A DNA stretch of 64,000 bases from a virus. Lineage: Duplodnaviria > Caudoviricetes. Position 1 is the stretch's first letter. Each line of letters starts with the position of its first letter. Location of the stretch: positions 27,209 through 91,208 of IMG/VR virus record IMGVR_UViG_3300021400_001287. One strand, written 5' to 3'. Positions 24,189 through 36,399 of this stretch are shown one piece after another. A model generated the notes under the pieces. It ran no database searches. It was not told the DNA's origin and worked only from the letters and a program-made list of their open reading frames with translations. Both the position numbers and the translations under genes were made by a program.

Positions 24189-25052
24189 ATGGCAAAGAAA
24201 AGTCCTGAAAAGATGTGTCTGCGTTGCCATGAGATCAAGCCGTAGGATGAGTTCTATCACAACCGCGGTTGGGCGGAACAGCAGTACGCTGATACGGTGT
24301 GTCGCGAGTGCGCCAGATCATTGGTGCATTGCAAAGACGACGCTCGTAAATATTGCTGGGATAACAATCGCGTCTGGAATGACAAGATATGGGACGCCGC
24401 CCATAACAAAGCGATGTACATGCTGGCGAACAACAAAGAGTACCTCAGCAAAAATACATCGAAAAAGAGAAAAGACGAAATTGAGCTGGCTTATACGTCA
24501 ACTCAATTTTTTGCTGTCATGAACACCGCGCCGCTGTATCGGTTTGTGGAGAACCGAGACGATGAGTACGATCCGGACTCTGTAGCCGGTACGACCCAGG
24601 AACTCGGCACCACACGGGATGACGACGAACTGGTCTGGAGCGACGAGTGGAATGGCATGTACAAGAAGCGGGAGCTTCGGTATCTGGATGATTATTTCCA
24701 ACGGTTGCAAGATGAATTCGTCATCGACAACGTAAACCGTGAGGACTACGCCCGACGGGTGGCGAAGGCGTCACTGGAAGCCGATAATAAATACCAGAAG
24801 ATGCGGCAGGGCACTGGCACAGCGAAAGAGTGGCAGGAAGCTCAGAGCATGTTTGACATGCTGAGCAAGTCAGCGTCGTTTGCTGAGAGCCAGAGAAAAG
24901 AAGTCGCCAACACGTCGACGAACGCGTTGTCCACTATCATCATGGACATCGAACTCAACCACCACAATGAGATGCCCAAGGTGACATTTGAGAAAGACGA
25001 CATCGATCTCATACTCAGAGACTTTGGCTTTACCGGGGAGGCTATCGCGTAA
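24189..25052 (+). CDS. Zinc-finger protein, probable terminase small subunit; TAG at 24243
   Basis: 'CLRCHEIKP*DEFY...CREC': the two CxxC halves join only by readthrough; directly upstream of terL. Confidence 0.7.
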
Positions 25053-26707
25053 TGCCCCGTATCGATCAAGTTAAAGATATCAAGAATTACGCGCAGTGGT
25101 GGACTCAGATATAGTTCTGGCGGACGCACCTGGACGTGTTTATTCAGCAATACTTCAGTGTGAAGCTGAAAGACACGCAGCAAGTCATCGCGAGAGCGGT
25201 CGGTCTGGCGAGTAACAGTCGGATCGTGAAAAGCCGCGGATATGGCAAAACATGGCTGATCGCCTGGTGCGCTGTGGCGATTGCAATCTTGTATCCCGGC
25301 ACCTCGATCGGTGTCGTGTCGGCCACTGCCGCTCAAGCGACACTGGTCTTGAAAAAGATCAAGAAGTTCACGCGGCAATATTCAATCCTGGCCGGCGAGA
25401 TGGTGTCGACCGGCAAAGACTTCGTTCGTATCTCGAAGGATAAAGGTTACTGTGAGTTTTTGAACGGCTCGTCCATCGAGTCGTTTTCGATCAACCAGGT
25501 TGTTGGTGAGCGTACCAAGGTGCTGATCATTGACGAAGCGCCCAGAGCTAACGAACAGGATATCAAGAAGAACGCCGAGCCGACGCTGAACACAACGCGT
25601 GACTGTTGTATCCAAGGTGGTTACGATGACTTCAGCTCGAAGATCATCTATATTACCTCCGCCTGTTTGAAGAGTAACTTCTTCTACAGGGACTTCGTGA
25701 AAGCCTATGAAGCGATGCGGAGTGGCGACCCGACATCATTTGCGTGTGTGTTGAATTATCAGAGCGCCGTGCGATGCGGGTTGACGAAAGCCAGTTATTT
25801 TGAAGGTCGGAAGAAAGCGTTGCCGGAGAGCGTATTTGCCACGGAATATGGCAGTTACTTCCTCGGCGCTGAAGCCGGTACGCTGTTCCCGTTCGACTTG
25901 ACGGACACCGTGCGGACACTTCGCCGCGTTGAAGCGAAACAGCCGAAGAACAGCAAATGCTGGTACATCATATCTATTGACTTGGCCAGTTCCGATGCGA
26001 AGGGCGCGGACAACGCTGTGCTGGTGGTCATCAAGTGCGTGGACAAAGAAGACGGCACCGTGATGAAGAACGTGGTGTACATCCGATCGTATCACGGCTG
26101 GCGACTGAACGCGTTGGCAAATGAAGTGCGCAAAGTCTATGTTGCGTTCCCCGGAACAGTGCGTATTATCTACGACGCGAAGGGATTGGGCTTTTCGTTT
26201 GCACAATTCTTCTCCGAGCCGTGGATCGACGACGCAACCGGTAAAGAGTATGAGCCGTGGACAGACGAGCATACCGCGATCCCCGGCGCGAATCCAATAT
26301 TGTTTGCCTTCAAAGCGACGCCGGTGTTGAATGTGCAACTGGTATCTACGTTGCGCGTGGCGTTGGAGCAAAAAACAGTGGCGTTCCCGGTGCCAAGCAC
26401 GGATATCGACGACGTGATGGTGTCGGAGGAAGATGACGACGAAGGCGAGAAGATCGTCCGGCTGTCGATGGAGGAGAGTGCCATTTATCTGGAGGCCGAC
26501 GCTTTGCAAGTGGAGCTTGGATCCATCGTATCAAAGAGTACGATGGCCGGCAACGTCGTTTACGATACCGAAAAGAAAAATCAACACAAAGACAGATACT
26601 CGGCGCTGGCGATGGGCGTATGGTACATCAGCCAGGTCGAGGACGATAATAAACGCCGGTTGCGGAACCGGGGCAATGCTTGCATTGGCATTGTTGACAG
26701 CTTTTGA
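25052..26707 (+). CDS. terL: Terminase large subunit; TAG at 25112
   Basis: Walker A 'SRGYGKT', Walker B 'LIIDEA', nuclease 'SIDLA' and 'HKDRYSALAM'; ATG overlaps the upstream TAA. Confidence 0.93.
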
Positions 26708-26721
26708 TGGGAGGAAAAAGT

Positions 26722-28302
26722 ATGGCGGCATTTTGGAGACGGGGGAATAAGACGCAGCCCGTTGAGCCCCCGAAAGTCCGTCCCGCCGTATGCGTGAGCG
26801 GCGAGGAAGCCAAGGTTGATGTTGGGCTGACTTATGACAACTCCAATATCACGATGGCAGCTTGGATGCCCGGAGTGGACTACCGCGCCATTCTGATGGA
26901 CAAGCAAGCGCACATCTATGACCTGTACGCCTAGGCGGACTACTTCGTCGACGCGGATCCCATTTTTCGTGGCATCATCAAAGGTGTTTACACGCCGTTC
27001 AGTGTTTCTGAATGGCGGTTGGAGGGCACCAATGACCGGGTCAAGGAAAAATACGAAGACTATTATCTGCGCATTCACTTGCGGGATAAGATGTGGTCGA
27101 TCTTTTATCAGTACTTCAAGTATGGGCAAGTGTTCGTTTACTTGAAGGATGATGGAGATATTATTACATTGCCGCCTCATCGGTGTCGTATTGCGAACGT
27201 GATGGTGGCTGGCGAACCCATTGTGGAGTTCAATGCGTTGCAGGTGGCCATTGACCTTGGCTATCGCAAATACGATTCGCTCCAAAAATGGTTAGAGGAC
27301 GACAAATTCGAGGTGAGGATGAGAGGCTATCCCCCCGAAGTAACGACCGCCCTGAAAGATGGCAAAGAGTGGGTTCAGCTGAACCCGATGAGGACGTTCG
27401 TTTTGCAGGACATCAAAGAAGACTGGTTGCGATATGCTATACCATTGATCGCGGCGGCACTGCTTGCGCTTCAGAAAAAAGCCATGATCTCGAATTACGA
27501 GAACTCGACTTTGAATATGATGGTGCATAGCTTCCTCCACGTCCAGTACGGTGACGCGACCAAGAACGCTGATTTCCTGCCGAACCAAAACGAGCTTCAA
27601 GCTCTGAACACTCTGTTCAAAGCGGCCATGTCGAAGAATGGCACTGGCATCGCGACCACGAACGTGTTTGCGAAAGCACAGTTCATTCAGCCGGACATCA
27701 ACGACCTGTTCGACAACGACCTGTACTCCAATGTCAACAACGAGATTCTCTCGGCTGGCGGCATCAGCGGTATCATCGTGAACGGGTTGGCAGAAGACGG
27801 ATCGAGCTTCGCCAGCGCTCAAGTCTCCATGCAGACGGCGGCGTTGCGCATCAAACAAGCGCGGGACAACTTCTGTGAATTAATGAACAAGATCAACGTG
27901 CGTCTCAACGGCGGCATCCTGCCTCGGAGCAAAGACGAGAACGTGCCTACGTTCAAGTTCCCGCCGGTTGATCTGACGGGGAGCGGTAAGTTCTATGAGA
28001 CTTGCCTCAACCTGTGGAAATAGGGCGTGCTGAGTACCCGGACCATGATGGACGCTCATGGGTTCGACATGGAGCAGGAATTCAGACGGCGCACCGATGA
28101 AGACGATAGCGGCGTTACGAAAACCATGTCGCCACGTCAAGAGACGCAAAACGAGGAGAGCGACACAAACCAAAGCACCGACACCGACGTCAGCAAAAAG
28201 GTCGGTCGACCGACACTTACCAATGACGAACGGCAAAGCGATCCGGCTGATGCTTTGACTGGACGGCAACCGAAACCGAGCTCTCCGGATGGATCACTTT
28301 AA
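26722..28302 (+). CDS. Portal protein; TAGs at 26932 and 28021
   Basis: Three same-frame ORF fragments separated only by TAG; ~526 aa, located after terL; GGAGG RBS. Confidence 0.85.
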
Positions 28303-28353
28303 TCACACTGTCGGCTCCTCCTAGCCGACGGAATGATAAATGAGGTGGCAAAC

Positions 28354-29664
28354 ATGCAGAAATTTGTTATGGCCGCTTCGGACATTTCTCTGGATTATCC
28401 GCAGAGTAATGAAATTTACTTTTCTGTAACAATGCGGATGCTGACAACGGAAACCAACTAGAATGGCGTCCGTCTGACCGCTGGTTTTATCGACGATATT
28501 GCAACGCATGCGGAAGAATATGTATGTATGCCGCTGTGTGCCGACGTGGATCGGCTGGCTCGCGGCTTGGACATCGGCCTCACTCACATGTATGATGAGC
28601 AACGGCAGGTGTTCGAAGCGCCGCAGGTCGGCAGTTTTTTTGAGGTGCATAGAGAAGACGACGAGCACGGAGTTAGCTTGGTCGGCACGGCTAGAATTAA
28701 CAAGCGCAATGCCAATGTGACTGATAAGATCATCGAGATGTTCAACACCAACCGGCTCAAGTTCAGCTTTGAAATTTGGGCGAGTGAGGTGTACGAAGAG
28801 GACGGAGTGACGGTGGTTGACGCCGCGCCGGGTAACCGGTTGACGGCGATGGCTATCGTTACCACGCCGGCTCTCCCCGCTGCTGTGGCTCTGAACCTGG
28901 CGGCGGAGGTGGATATTGACGCGTTCCGTGGCAAAGTCTATGACTTGCTGTGGACGAAGTATCCGAGCGAGTGCTGGAACGTTGTCTGGATGGGTTTGGA
29001 TTACGCCGTTATTTACTTTTCTGAGCACGGCAATATGGTACGCATTGCGTATCGTATGGATGGTGACAAACTCGTCGAGACGGAGGAATACGAAGTTGGC
29101 TTCGCACGAATTGACGAGGTGAGTGACAACATGAATATTACGCTGGCAACCGCCGAGGTGACCAACGTGGAGACCCCCGATGTGAACGAGGTGTCCGCTG
29201 TTGCCGATGCGGTTATCAATACTGACACAGTGGAGACTCCCGCTGTGGAAACCGAGACTGCTGCTTGCGGCGATCCCGAAAACGCGGCTTGCGATGACAA
29301 GACGGCGGAGGTCGAAAACGACATCGATGACGACATCAAAGACGAGTCGGACGACGATGCCCATGACCTGGAAGAGATGCGTCGAGAGCTGGAGCGCGTG
29401 AACGCTGAACTGGCTCGATACAAGGCGGCTGAAGAAGCTGCGAAGATGGCGGAGAAGCGTGCCGCCGCAAAAAAGTACGCGGAGCGTGAACACCTGAATC
29501 TGGAAGCGGAAGACGTTAAAGCGGCGATCGATAACGCCGACTATGAAGCGCTTGCTGCTGCCGTGATGGCGAAGCCCGCGGACGACAAGAATGAAGAAGC
29601 CTACCGTGTTACCGCGGAGATCAAGCTGTCTCCCTATGGCAACATGTTCGAGAAGGCGAACTGA
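28354..29664 (+). CDS. Prohead protease/scaffold; TAG at 28459
   Basis: 'N*NGV', 'FSFEI', acidic coiled-coil C-terminus; GAGGTG RBS. Confidence 0.8.
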
Positions 29665-29678
29665 GGAGGATATGCAAT

Positions 29679-30116
29679 ATGGCTGGTTACATGACTAAGC
29701 TGGTCGGCTCTGATGGCATTTACGACGGCAGCTACAAGGCTGGCGAAGTGCTGACCAATGGTATTTTTGTCAACATCGCTGCGGATGGCACCGTGAAGAA
29801 GCTCACCGGCGCTGGCAGCATCGAGATGCGCGTTCGCGAGAAGACCACTCTGTGGGGTCTGCCCGCTGTGATTCTGGACGTCGTCCTTGAGGGCGATGGT
29901 ACTGCGTACTTTGTGGAGCAGGTCGAGCCCGGCGTTCGTGAAGAGTGGAACGACATCGCGAATGAGATCAAGATCGGCGAGTTCGTGCGTATGCACAAGC
30001 CTCTGCTGGGCGAGCAGCTGATCATGAGTGTTACTTCCGAAGTGCTGGCGACTCTGGCTGAGGGCGACACTGCGAAGCCCGCTGCCGGTGGTACCATTGC
30101 GAAGAAGTCTGCCTAA
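29679..30116 (+). CDS. Capsid decoration/stabilising protein (probable)
   Basis: 145 aa between scaffold and capsid genes; strongly biased codon usage. Confidence 0.6.
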   Translation: MAGYMTKLVGSDGIYDGSYKAGEVLTNGIFVNIAADGTVKKLTGAGSIEMRVREKTTLWGLPAVILDVVLEGDGTAYFVEQVEPGVREEWNDIANEIKIGEFVRMHKPLLGEQLIMSVTSEVLATLAEGDTAKPAAGGTIAKKSA

Positions 30117-30131
30117 GGAGCGTGAAATATA

Positions 30132-31127
30132 ATGGAAACCATCACCAAGGACATGAATATTGTTAAGGCGTAGGCTGCTGACGCCCGCCACGAGTCTCTT
30201 GACTCTAACGTCCGCGAGAACATGAACAAGGTCGTTCATGAGCTGGCAGCGGATCGTAACCCCATGAACCTGTATCAGATCGGTCAGCTGATGGCCTTCA
30301 CTGTTGAAGAGCTGGAGCGCCCCATGACCAACTGGCTGGATCTCGTTGCCGATCATAAGCGCATTGGCGCTGGCGACGAAGCCGCTTTCCGCACCACCGC
30401 GAACGGCATCCGCGCCGTCATCCAGGCCAAGGCTGGCACCACTCCCCGCAGCCGCGTTGCCGACAAGCAGATTGTCGTTGACACCGTTGCCGTGTCTGTG
30501 CGTCCCGCTGTGAACCTGCTTGAGCTGGCCTCCGGTAAGATCAACTTCGGTGACCTGGCCATGTATGCCGCTGTCGAGCTGGCCAACAAGAAGACTCAGT
30601 ATGTGCAGCAGGTGCTCGACGCCGCCGCGACTTCCTTCGCCTCTCCTTTCTACGGCTCTGGCGCTGGTATCGTTGCCGCGACCTTTGATCCCATGGTGCA
30701 GCACTGGATGCGCACCGGTGGCGCTGCGATTATCGGTGACATCGCTGCCGCACAGAAGCTGGCTCCTCTGACTGGCTTCACCGCCTCCACCAACTCTCAG
30801 TGGGGCAATGGCATTATCGAGGAGTTCAATCGCACTGGCCGCATTGGCACCTACAAGGGCGCCCAGGTTGTGCAGACTGTGAACCCCTATCTGCCTGACG
30901 ACGTGACCCCTGTGCTGAATATCAGCAAGCTGTATATCGTGCCCACCACGATGAACACTGATGCCCGCAGCCTGAAGGTCGTCGAGCAGGGTGGCGTGAT
31001 CTCCGTGGAGAACACTTCCATCAACGAGCTGACCTACGAGGTCCGCATGGACGAGCACTTTGGTGCCGCCGTCGTGTACGGTGTGCAGCCCACTGTGTCC
31101 GTGTACTACGACTCTACTCTGGGTTAA
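30132..31127 (+). CDS. Major capsid protein; TAG at 30171
   Basis: RBS AAGGAG; METITKDMNIVKA*AADARHE is in frame with the 301-aa ORF; highly biased codons; followed by hairpins (~31138-31198). Confidence 0.88.
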
Positions 31128-31227
31128 TGCTAAATGTTGGTCGGCAGAGAGACCTTAAACCTCTGACCATCGGCGGGGCTCTTTACTGAGCTCCGCCTAC
31201 TATTTATGCGAAAGGTGAAGGTTTGAT

Positions 31228-31656
31228 ATGGCTGACAGGGTACGAATTATCAACGAGAGCACGCATGATGTCGGTCTCGTTAATCAGAATGGCATTGAAT
31301 ACAACATCCGTCCTGGCACGTTCATCACGTTGACGAAGGACGACTGTGAATATATGGTGGCAATTGCTCCGAAGCTGTTTGCCCGTGAAACACGTGGTGC
31401 TGAACTGCGCATCGACAATGAAGAGCTGGCGAAGGATTTGAATATTGTTGCGCCCGGTGATCCAACACCGGCTTCTGAATCGGTCATCCGGAAGGCGTTA
31501 GGCGGCTCGGTGAACTCGATCAAGAAGTATGTTGCCGAGATCGAAGATGCGTACACCATTGACGCGATTGTTCAGGTTGCGCACAAGATGGATCTTCCGG
31601 TGAGCAAAATGAACGTGCTCAGGGAAGCCTTCCCGAACAAGTTTATCAACGACTAA
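31228..31656 (+). CDS. Hypothetical head-associated protein
   Basis: 142-aa ORF after the capsid gene. Confidence 0.7.
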   Translation: MADRVRIINESTHDVGLVNQNGIEYNIRPGTFITLTKDDCEYMVAIAPKLFARETRGAELRIDNEELAKDLNIVAPGDPTPASESVIRKALGGSVNSIKKYVAEIEDAYTIDAIVQVAHKMDLPVSKMNVLREAFPNKFIND

Positions 31657-31673
31657 AAGTGGGGTGCAGGGCG

Positions 31674-32111
31674 ATGACAGATTAGACGACATGGATGGAC
31701 GACCTGTATCTGGATGTCCAATGGCAACGCATCCCCGTGGCGATGACGAAGATCGAAGAGATGCAACTCCTGTCTCGTTGTTTTGTACACGGCCTCGAAT
31801 CTATGTTTATCGCCACTGGCAAAGCGATGCAATTTGACGCGGACTGGCTGACGTTTTCGGACGAAGGCGTGCTTGTCTCAACGACCCAGGACTTGAAAAT
31901 AGACGAGCTCCGGTACGCGTTTTTGAAGGCGAAAATCGAATTCTTCAAGCGGGTCCAAACTGACGTGAACAACATCGTTGGCTACACCACCGACGCTTTG
32001 ACTGTGACAAACGCGGACAAACCGTATCAAAACTTATCACAGACGATCGAAGGTCTGGAGAAAGAATTGCGTCAGATTTTCTACACGATGATCCGACATG
32101 CTTATCTGTGA
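31674..32111 (+). CDS. Head-tail adaptor (probable); TAG at 31683
   Basis: MTD*TTWMDDLY...; assigned by position. Confidence 0.6.
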
Positions 32112-32121
32112 GGTGAGCGGG

Positions 32122-32379
32122 ATGATTGTGAAAGAAACACTTGCGACACGAAGCGGAGGCAAACAAGTCGTCATGACGCCGTTCAACGACTATTGCGATC
32201 ATCTGAGGGTGGACGTATTCAAAGCGCTTGGCGACGTCGAAGCAATGTGCGAGATGATGACTGGACAGTGTCGATGCGATTGGACAGAAAATGAAGTCGA
32301 AGCGTATAGCAAAGTGCGGTCGCGGCTTTTGAACCTGGCTGGCGCTGTGGCGCGTTAGCCCCAGAACTAGGAGGGGTGA
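32122..32379 (+). CDS. Small hypothetical protein; TAGs at 32356 and 32368
   Basis: Readthrough gives 'AVAR*PQN*EG' ending in TGA just before the next ATG. Confidence 0.6.
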
Positions 32380-32381
32380 CG

Positions 32382-33122
32382 ATGCAGAAACCAGCGGTCG
32401 TGCCGGCGAACTAGACGCCGAGCAATCGGACTTTTTACTAGCCGCCCACCATTCAGAGTGACTATACAAATTTGCTATGGCAAGATCATCCGCATTTCAC
32501 AGAGACGTTTGAGCTGGTCCATAGTTGGATTGAACATTTGCGTACAGATGACCCTTAGTATATTCGCGCTACGTACTTCCCTGTTGACTGGAAGAGTAAG
32601 GTCGGCAATTCCGACGCGAGCGCGAACTTCAAGACGGATTGGAACAATCTGATCTGGAAAGGGGACTATATCATCCGCGATGGCGGGGAGATATTGCTTC
32701 TTACTTGGGATGTCAAAGAGCACATGAACAACCAAGCGACACAGGCTCAGATATGCAATTTGAAGCTGACGCTGGTTCGGCATGTTCAAGCTCAAGCAGA
32801 TGAGCGCGGCTTCATGGAAGTACCGGCTCATGACGAGTATGTGCTTTATGAGCACCCGGCGACGTTCTCGCCGTACGCTGGTCGCCCGGACTACATTGCG
32901 ACGGCGAACGTGCCAGGTATCAATGCAGACGCTTTGATGAGCGGACAAATCCAGTTCAATGAAGAGACGAAGAAGATGACCATTAACGACGAGTTTGAGT
33001 ACGGCGGATTTACGTATCGACTGATCAACGTGGACTGGTCTGAAGTCAACTACGATAACACGGCTGGCATCATCAATTTCAACTGTAAACGAGTGGCAGG
33101 TGGTATGAATGCTCCAGATTGA
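32382..33122 (+). CDS. Head-closure-like protein; TAGs at 32412, 32439 and 32556
   Basis: GGAGGGG RBS + ATG 32382, in frame with ORF 32694-33122; readthrough fills an otherwise empty ~300-bp gap. Confidence 0.7.
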
Positions 33123-33675
33123 TGAAGCGGCTGATTTCAAGTTCAATTCTTCGACTCTGATGAATCGGTTGCGGCCAGTTCTTGTACCCGCTATTGAAAC
33201 GGCGGCAGATCAATATATCAAAAAAATGGGGCAACACGCCAAAGAAACGACAGCGGTTGGCAAAACGGGGCAAGGAGCTCCCGGCGCTCGGGAATGGCGT
33301 TCAGATGTCGGTAATGACCTAAAACGCATGAACCTTCAAGTGTCCGTTGATGCCATTGAAATTGATGTTGGTATCTATGGTGATGAATCTTTGCAAAAAC
33401 GCGTTGAAGTCATCAACACTGGTTCTGGTAATAAAGCTGGTGGGGCAGCAATGGAATATGGCCCCTATGGTCGTAGTGTTTGGAACGACGATTTAAGCGG
33501 GCGGACCACTAGCAAGACGACACGAACTGGAGATATGCCGGATGGATTCAACAATACCGGTAACCAATTTGCTCAGAAAGCCAAGGATGAAATGGAGAAT
33601 GAAAAAGAGCGGATTGTGCAACACGCGTTGCGCCATATATCACCAACATTGTTGGAAGGTGTTATTCATCAGTGA
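33109..33675 (+). CDS. Neck/tail-completion protein (probable)
   Basis: 188-aa ORF; assigned by position. Confidence 0.55.
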   Translation: MLQIDEAADFKFNSSTLMNRLRPVLVPAIETAADQYIKKMGQHAKETTAVGKTGQGAPGAREWRSDVGNDLKRMNLQVSVDAIEIDVGIYGDESLQKRVEVINTGSGNKAGGAAMEYGPYGRSVWNDDLSGRTTSKTTRTGDMPDGFNNTGNQFAQKAKDEMENEKERIVQHALRHISPTLLEGVIHQ

Positions 33676-33690
33676 AAGGAGGAGAGCCCA

Positions 33691-34161
33691 TTGATCGTGA
33701 CAAAAAGCTGGGCGGATAGATGGAACGATATCCAGCGCGATGTGCTCTTCCCCGATGAAGAGCTCAAGCAGTTGATGATGATTCCGGACGGCACGAACAT
33801 CGTGACATGGATCCGGAAGTATTTCGTTTCAGAGGCGCTTTGCACCGAGTTGGTGACAGATGAAGATGTCCGTGTGCTTTGGTATGAAGATCAGAGTTCA
33901 CATACAAACAACCCGTTGATCAACAACCGCAAGATGTGCTTTGATATATATGTGAAACAAGCCCACAACAACGACGCAACAAACGACTTATTCGTTAGCC
34001 GTGGAAAACTCATTGCGCAAAAATTACAAGAGATCTTGACATTCCCGGCGACTGTTGGGCGTGTAAAATTTTTCTATGTCGACGACTACGACGTCGGCAC
34101 AAAGATGGTCGGATACGTACGACACCATTTGGTCGTGTCGTATCTGGCTGGACATGCGTAA
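33691..34161 (+). CDS. Tail terminator (probable)
   Basis: 156-aa ORF with TTG start and GGAGGAG RBS, preceding the major tail gene. Confidence 0.55.
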   Translation: MIVTKSWADRWNDIQRDVLFPDEELKQLMMIPDGTNIVTWIRKYFVSEALCTELVTDEDVRVLWYEDQSSHTNNPLINNRKMCFDIYVKQAHNNDATNDLFVSRGKLIAQKLQEILTFPATVGRVKFFYVDDYDVGTKMVGYVRHHLVVSYLAGHA

Positions 34162-34234
34162 TAACAACACAGCCAGCGATAGGAGGAGCCGACTGTGACG
34201 TTATATATCGACTCTTATTAAGGAGGAAAACTGT

Positions 34235-35074
34235 ATGGCTTATATTAAGACCCCTATGGGCTTTGTGTCCAACGCACCTCATATTTAGTTCCAGCGTTGT
34301 GACGGAGCTCGCTTTTACAGCGATACCGGTACTGCTGGTAGCATGACCAATACGGACAACTCGACCGCTGTTTACGGTGGCTGGGCGAAGTCTCCTATCG
34401 GTTATATTGAGGGCGACTCCACCATGGAAATTTCTTACACCGACGCGATGTTCTATCAAGACATGTTCTCCGTGTCCAGCGCCGGTACTGAGGTGACCAC
34501 GAAGGATACCGCGGTGCGTGGCGGCGGCGTTTACACCGTTAAGACCGGTCCGATCGTCGAACTGCCGTTCCAGGTGAAGCTGGACACCATTCAGATTCAC
34601 GGCTTTGATGTGTAGGGTACTGGCACCGCCGCTGCTGGTAAGCCTGTTGCCGCGTATGACAGCACCAACAAGAAGACTACGATTACCTTTGCTTCTGGCG
34701 ATGTGGCGGTTGGCGACGACCTGATCGTGACTTATGAGCGCCGTGTGGCCAGCGCCGATGTGGCTACGATTACCACTAATGGCAGTTCTTCTCGTGGCAG
34801 TCTGACGATGACTTGGGCTGTTATGAGCGATGGCAGCGACTGCTCTCAGGCTTCGATCGTTGGTTTCCTGCATCTGCAAGTGCCTCGCGTCATGGTTACC
34901 ACCCGTGCGTCTCTGGACACTTCCCGCGGCACGGCTGCGACACCTAATATCGTGTTTGCTGCCATCGACGCCCACCGTGGTGATCAGAAGTGGTACGATC
35001 TGATTTGGGAACCCCTGGAGGATGGTGCTATCAGCACTGATTACGCCGAGGGCGACTTTGTTTGGGATATTTAA
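34235..35074 (+). CDS. Major tail tube protein; TAGs at 34286 and 34613
   Basis: AAGGAGG RBS; three in-frame fragments; biased codons; terminator hairpin at ~35083-35114. Confidence 0.8.
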
Positions 35075-35131
35075 CCCGACAGATGGGGCTGGGTAACACC
35101 AGCCCCTTTATTTTGTAAAGGAGAGGTCACG

Positions 35132-35880
35132 GTGAAGGTTAAGAAGGTACCGGATATTGGCATGGCGGAGAAAGAACTGCCGATGGTTGGCGCACCGGAG
35201 AACACAGTTACTGTGGCGGGGTCGCTGATTGAAATCAAGCCGACCAAGCTCAAGTATTTGCGCAACGGAACGGCGAATTTTTTTCGGCTCATCGAACGGA
35301 TGAGCATACTCGACATTGTGCAATTGCCGTCTGGCGCGTTCGGCGAAGATGACGATCGTGATGGTGACAAAGCCATGATGGATTGGCTCATTGCCGCGAC
35401 GGATAACCCGGAGTTTGTGCAAGAACATTACGATGAATTTGACACAGAGCAGATCCTGCGCGTGTGTGATATTTTTAAGCGAGTCAACAAATTCGTGAAA
35501 GAAGACGACTCAAAAAACGCAGTAACCCCGGCGGAGGCATAACGATCGACCGGGGAATGGCGCTCATTGCCGCGCATCTGGGCATTATAGACGAAGATGC
35601 AATTTTGGACATGACCTTTGACTGGTTTAACGAAGTGCTCGAAGTATTGGGTGAAGTGGTAAACTACAACGCCGTGGTGAATTACGCGGGCAACTCATTC
35701 TGCGAAAAGTCGTGGGACATGATCCTGGATAACAATCCGATGTTGAAGGGGCAGATACTGACATCTGACCAGCGTTCGTGGGAACAGTTTTTCAACACGG
35801 CAAAAATTCGGACGATAACCAAAGGAGAACGGAAAAATGGAGAAGAAAATGGTGGTTTTGGGGCAGGAGGTTTCGGTTAA
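35132..35880 (+). CDS. Tail assembly chaperone pair (G/GT-like) joined by a -1 frameshift
   Basis: ORF 35132-35542 has the slippery site A AAA AAC (35512-35518) and a downstream CCCCGG...CCGGGG stem; the -1 frame is open to 35880. Confidence 0.8.
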
Positions 35881-36376
35881 AAACCACGTCGGCTATCAAC
35901 AGAAGATGGACGCGGCGGAGGAGTATGTTGCGATGTCGGCAGTGTTCGATGAAGAGCATGGGCTCTGCTATATGTCTCCGTATGAAGAAGCCGTGAAGAA
36001 ATACATGAAGCTCAAGACGTATACTGGACTTGACATGAGCAACTACAACGGCATCGACGGTCTGTGCCGATTGATGGACGACATCGACGAGGTGCCCATC
36101 GACGAGTTCGAAGGATTCGTTGACGACGACTGGGTGATCATTTACAACCTGGCTTACGTGATCTATTGTAACGTGTCGGATGTGTTCGAAAAAGAGCATT
36201 CTCTTGAACATCGCGTTAAGACCAGTTTCGGTTTCCTGCTGGACGGTAAAGACTTGACTCAGACATTGGCGGAAGCGCGTGAAGTCAACGAGCAGATGAT
36301 CGACCATCTCGGCGCGATCGCTAAGACGAAAACACAGCCTATCGATATGGCGCAGTATGCAAAGAAGCGCAAGTAA
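35837..36376 (+). CDS. Hypothetical tail-region protein
   Basis: 179-aa ORF with AAGGAG RBS. Confidence 0.7.
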   Translation: MEKKMVVLGQEVSVKNHVGYQQKMDAAEEYVAMSAVFDEEHGLCYMSPYEEAVKKYMKLKTYTGLDMSNYNGIDGLCRLMDDIDEVPIDEFEGFVDDDWVIIYNLAYVIYCNVSDVFEKEHSLEHRVKTSFGFLLDGKDLTQTLAEAREVNEQMIDHLGAIAKTKTQPIDMAQYAKKRK

Positions 36377-36399
36377 TATGAAGTGAGGAGTGACGCTGA

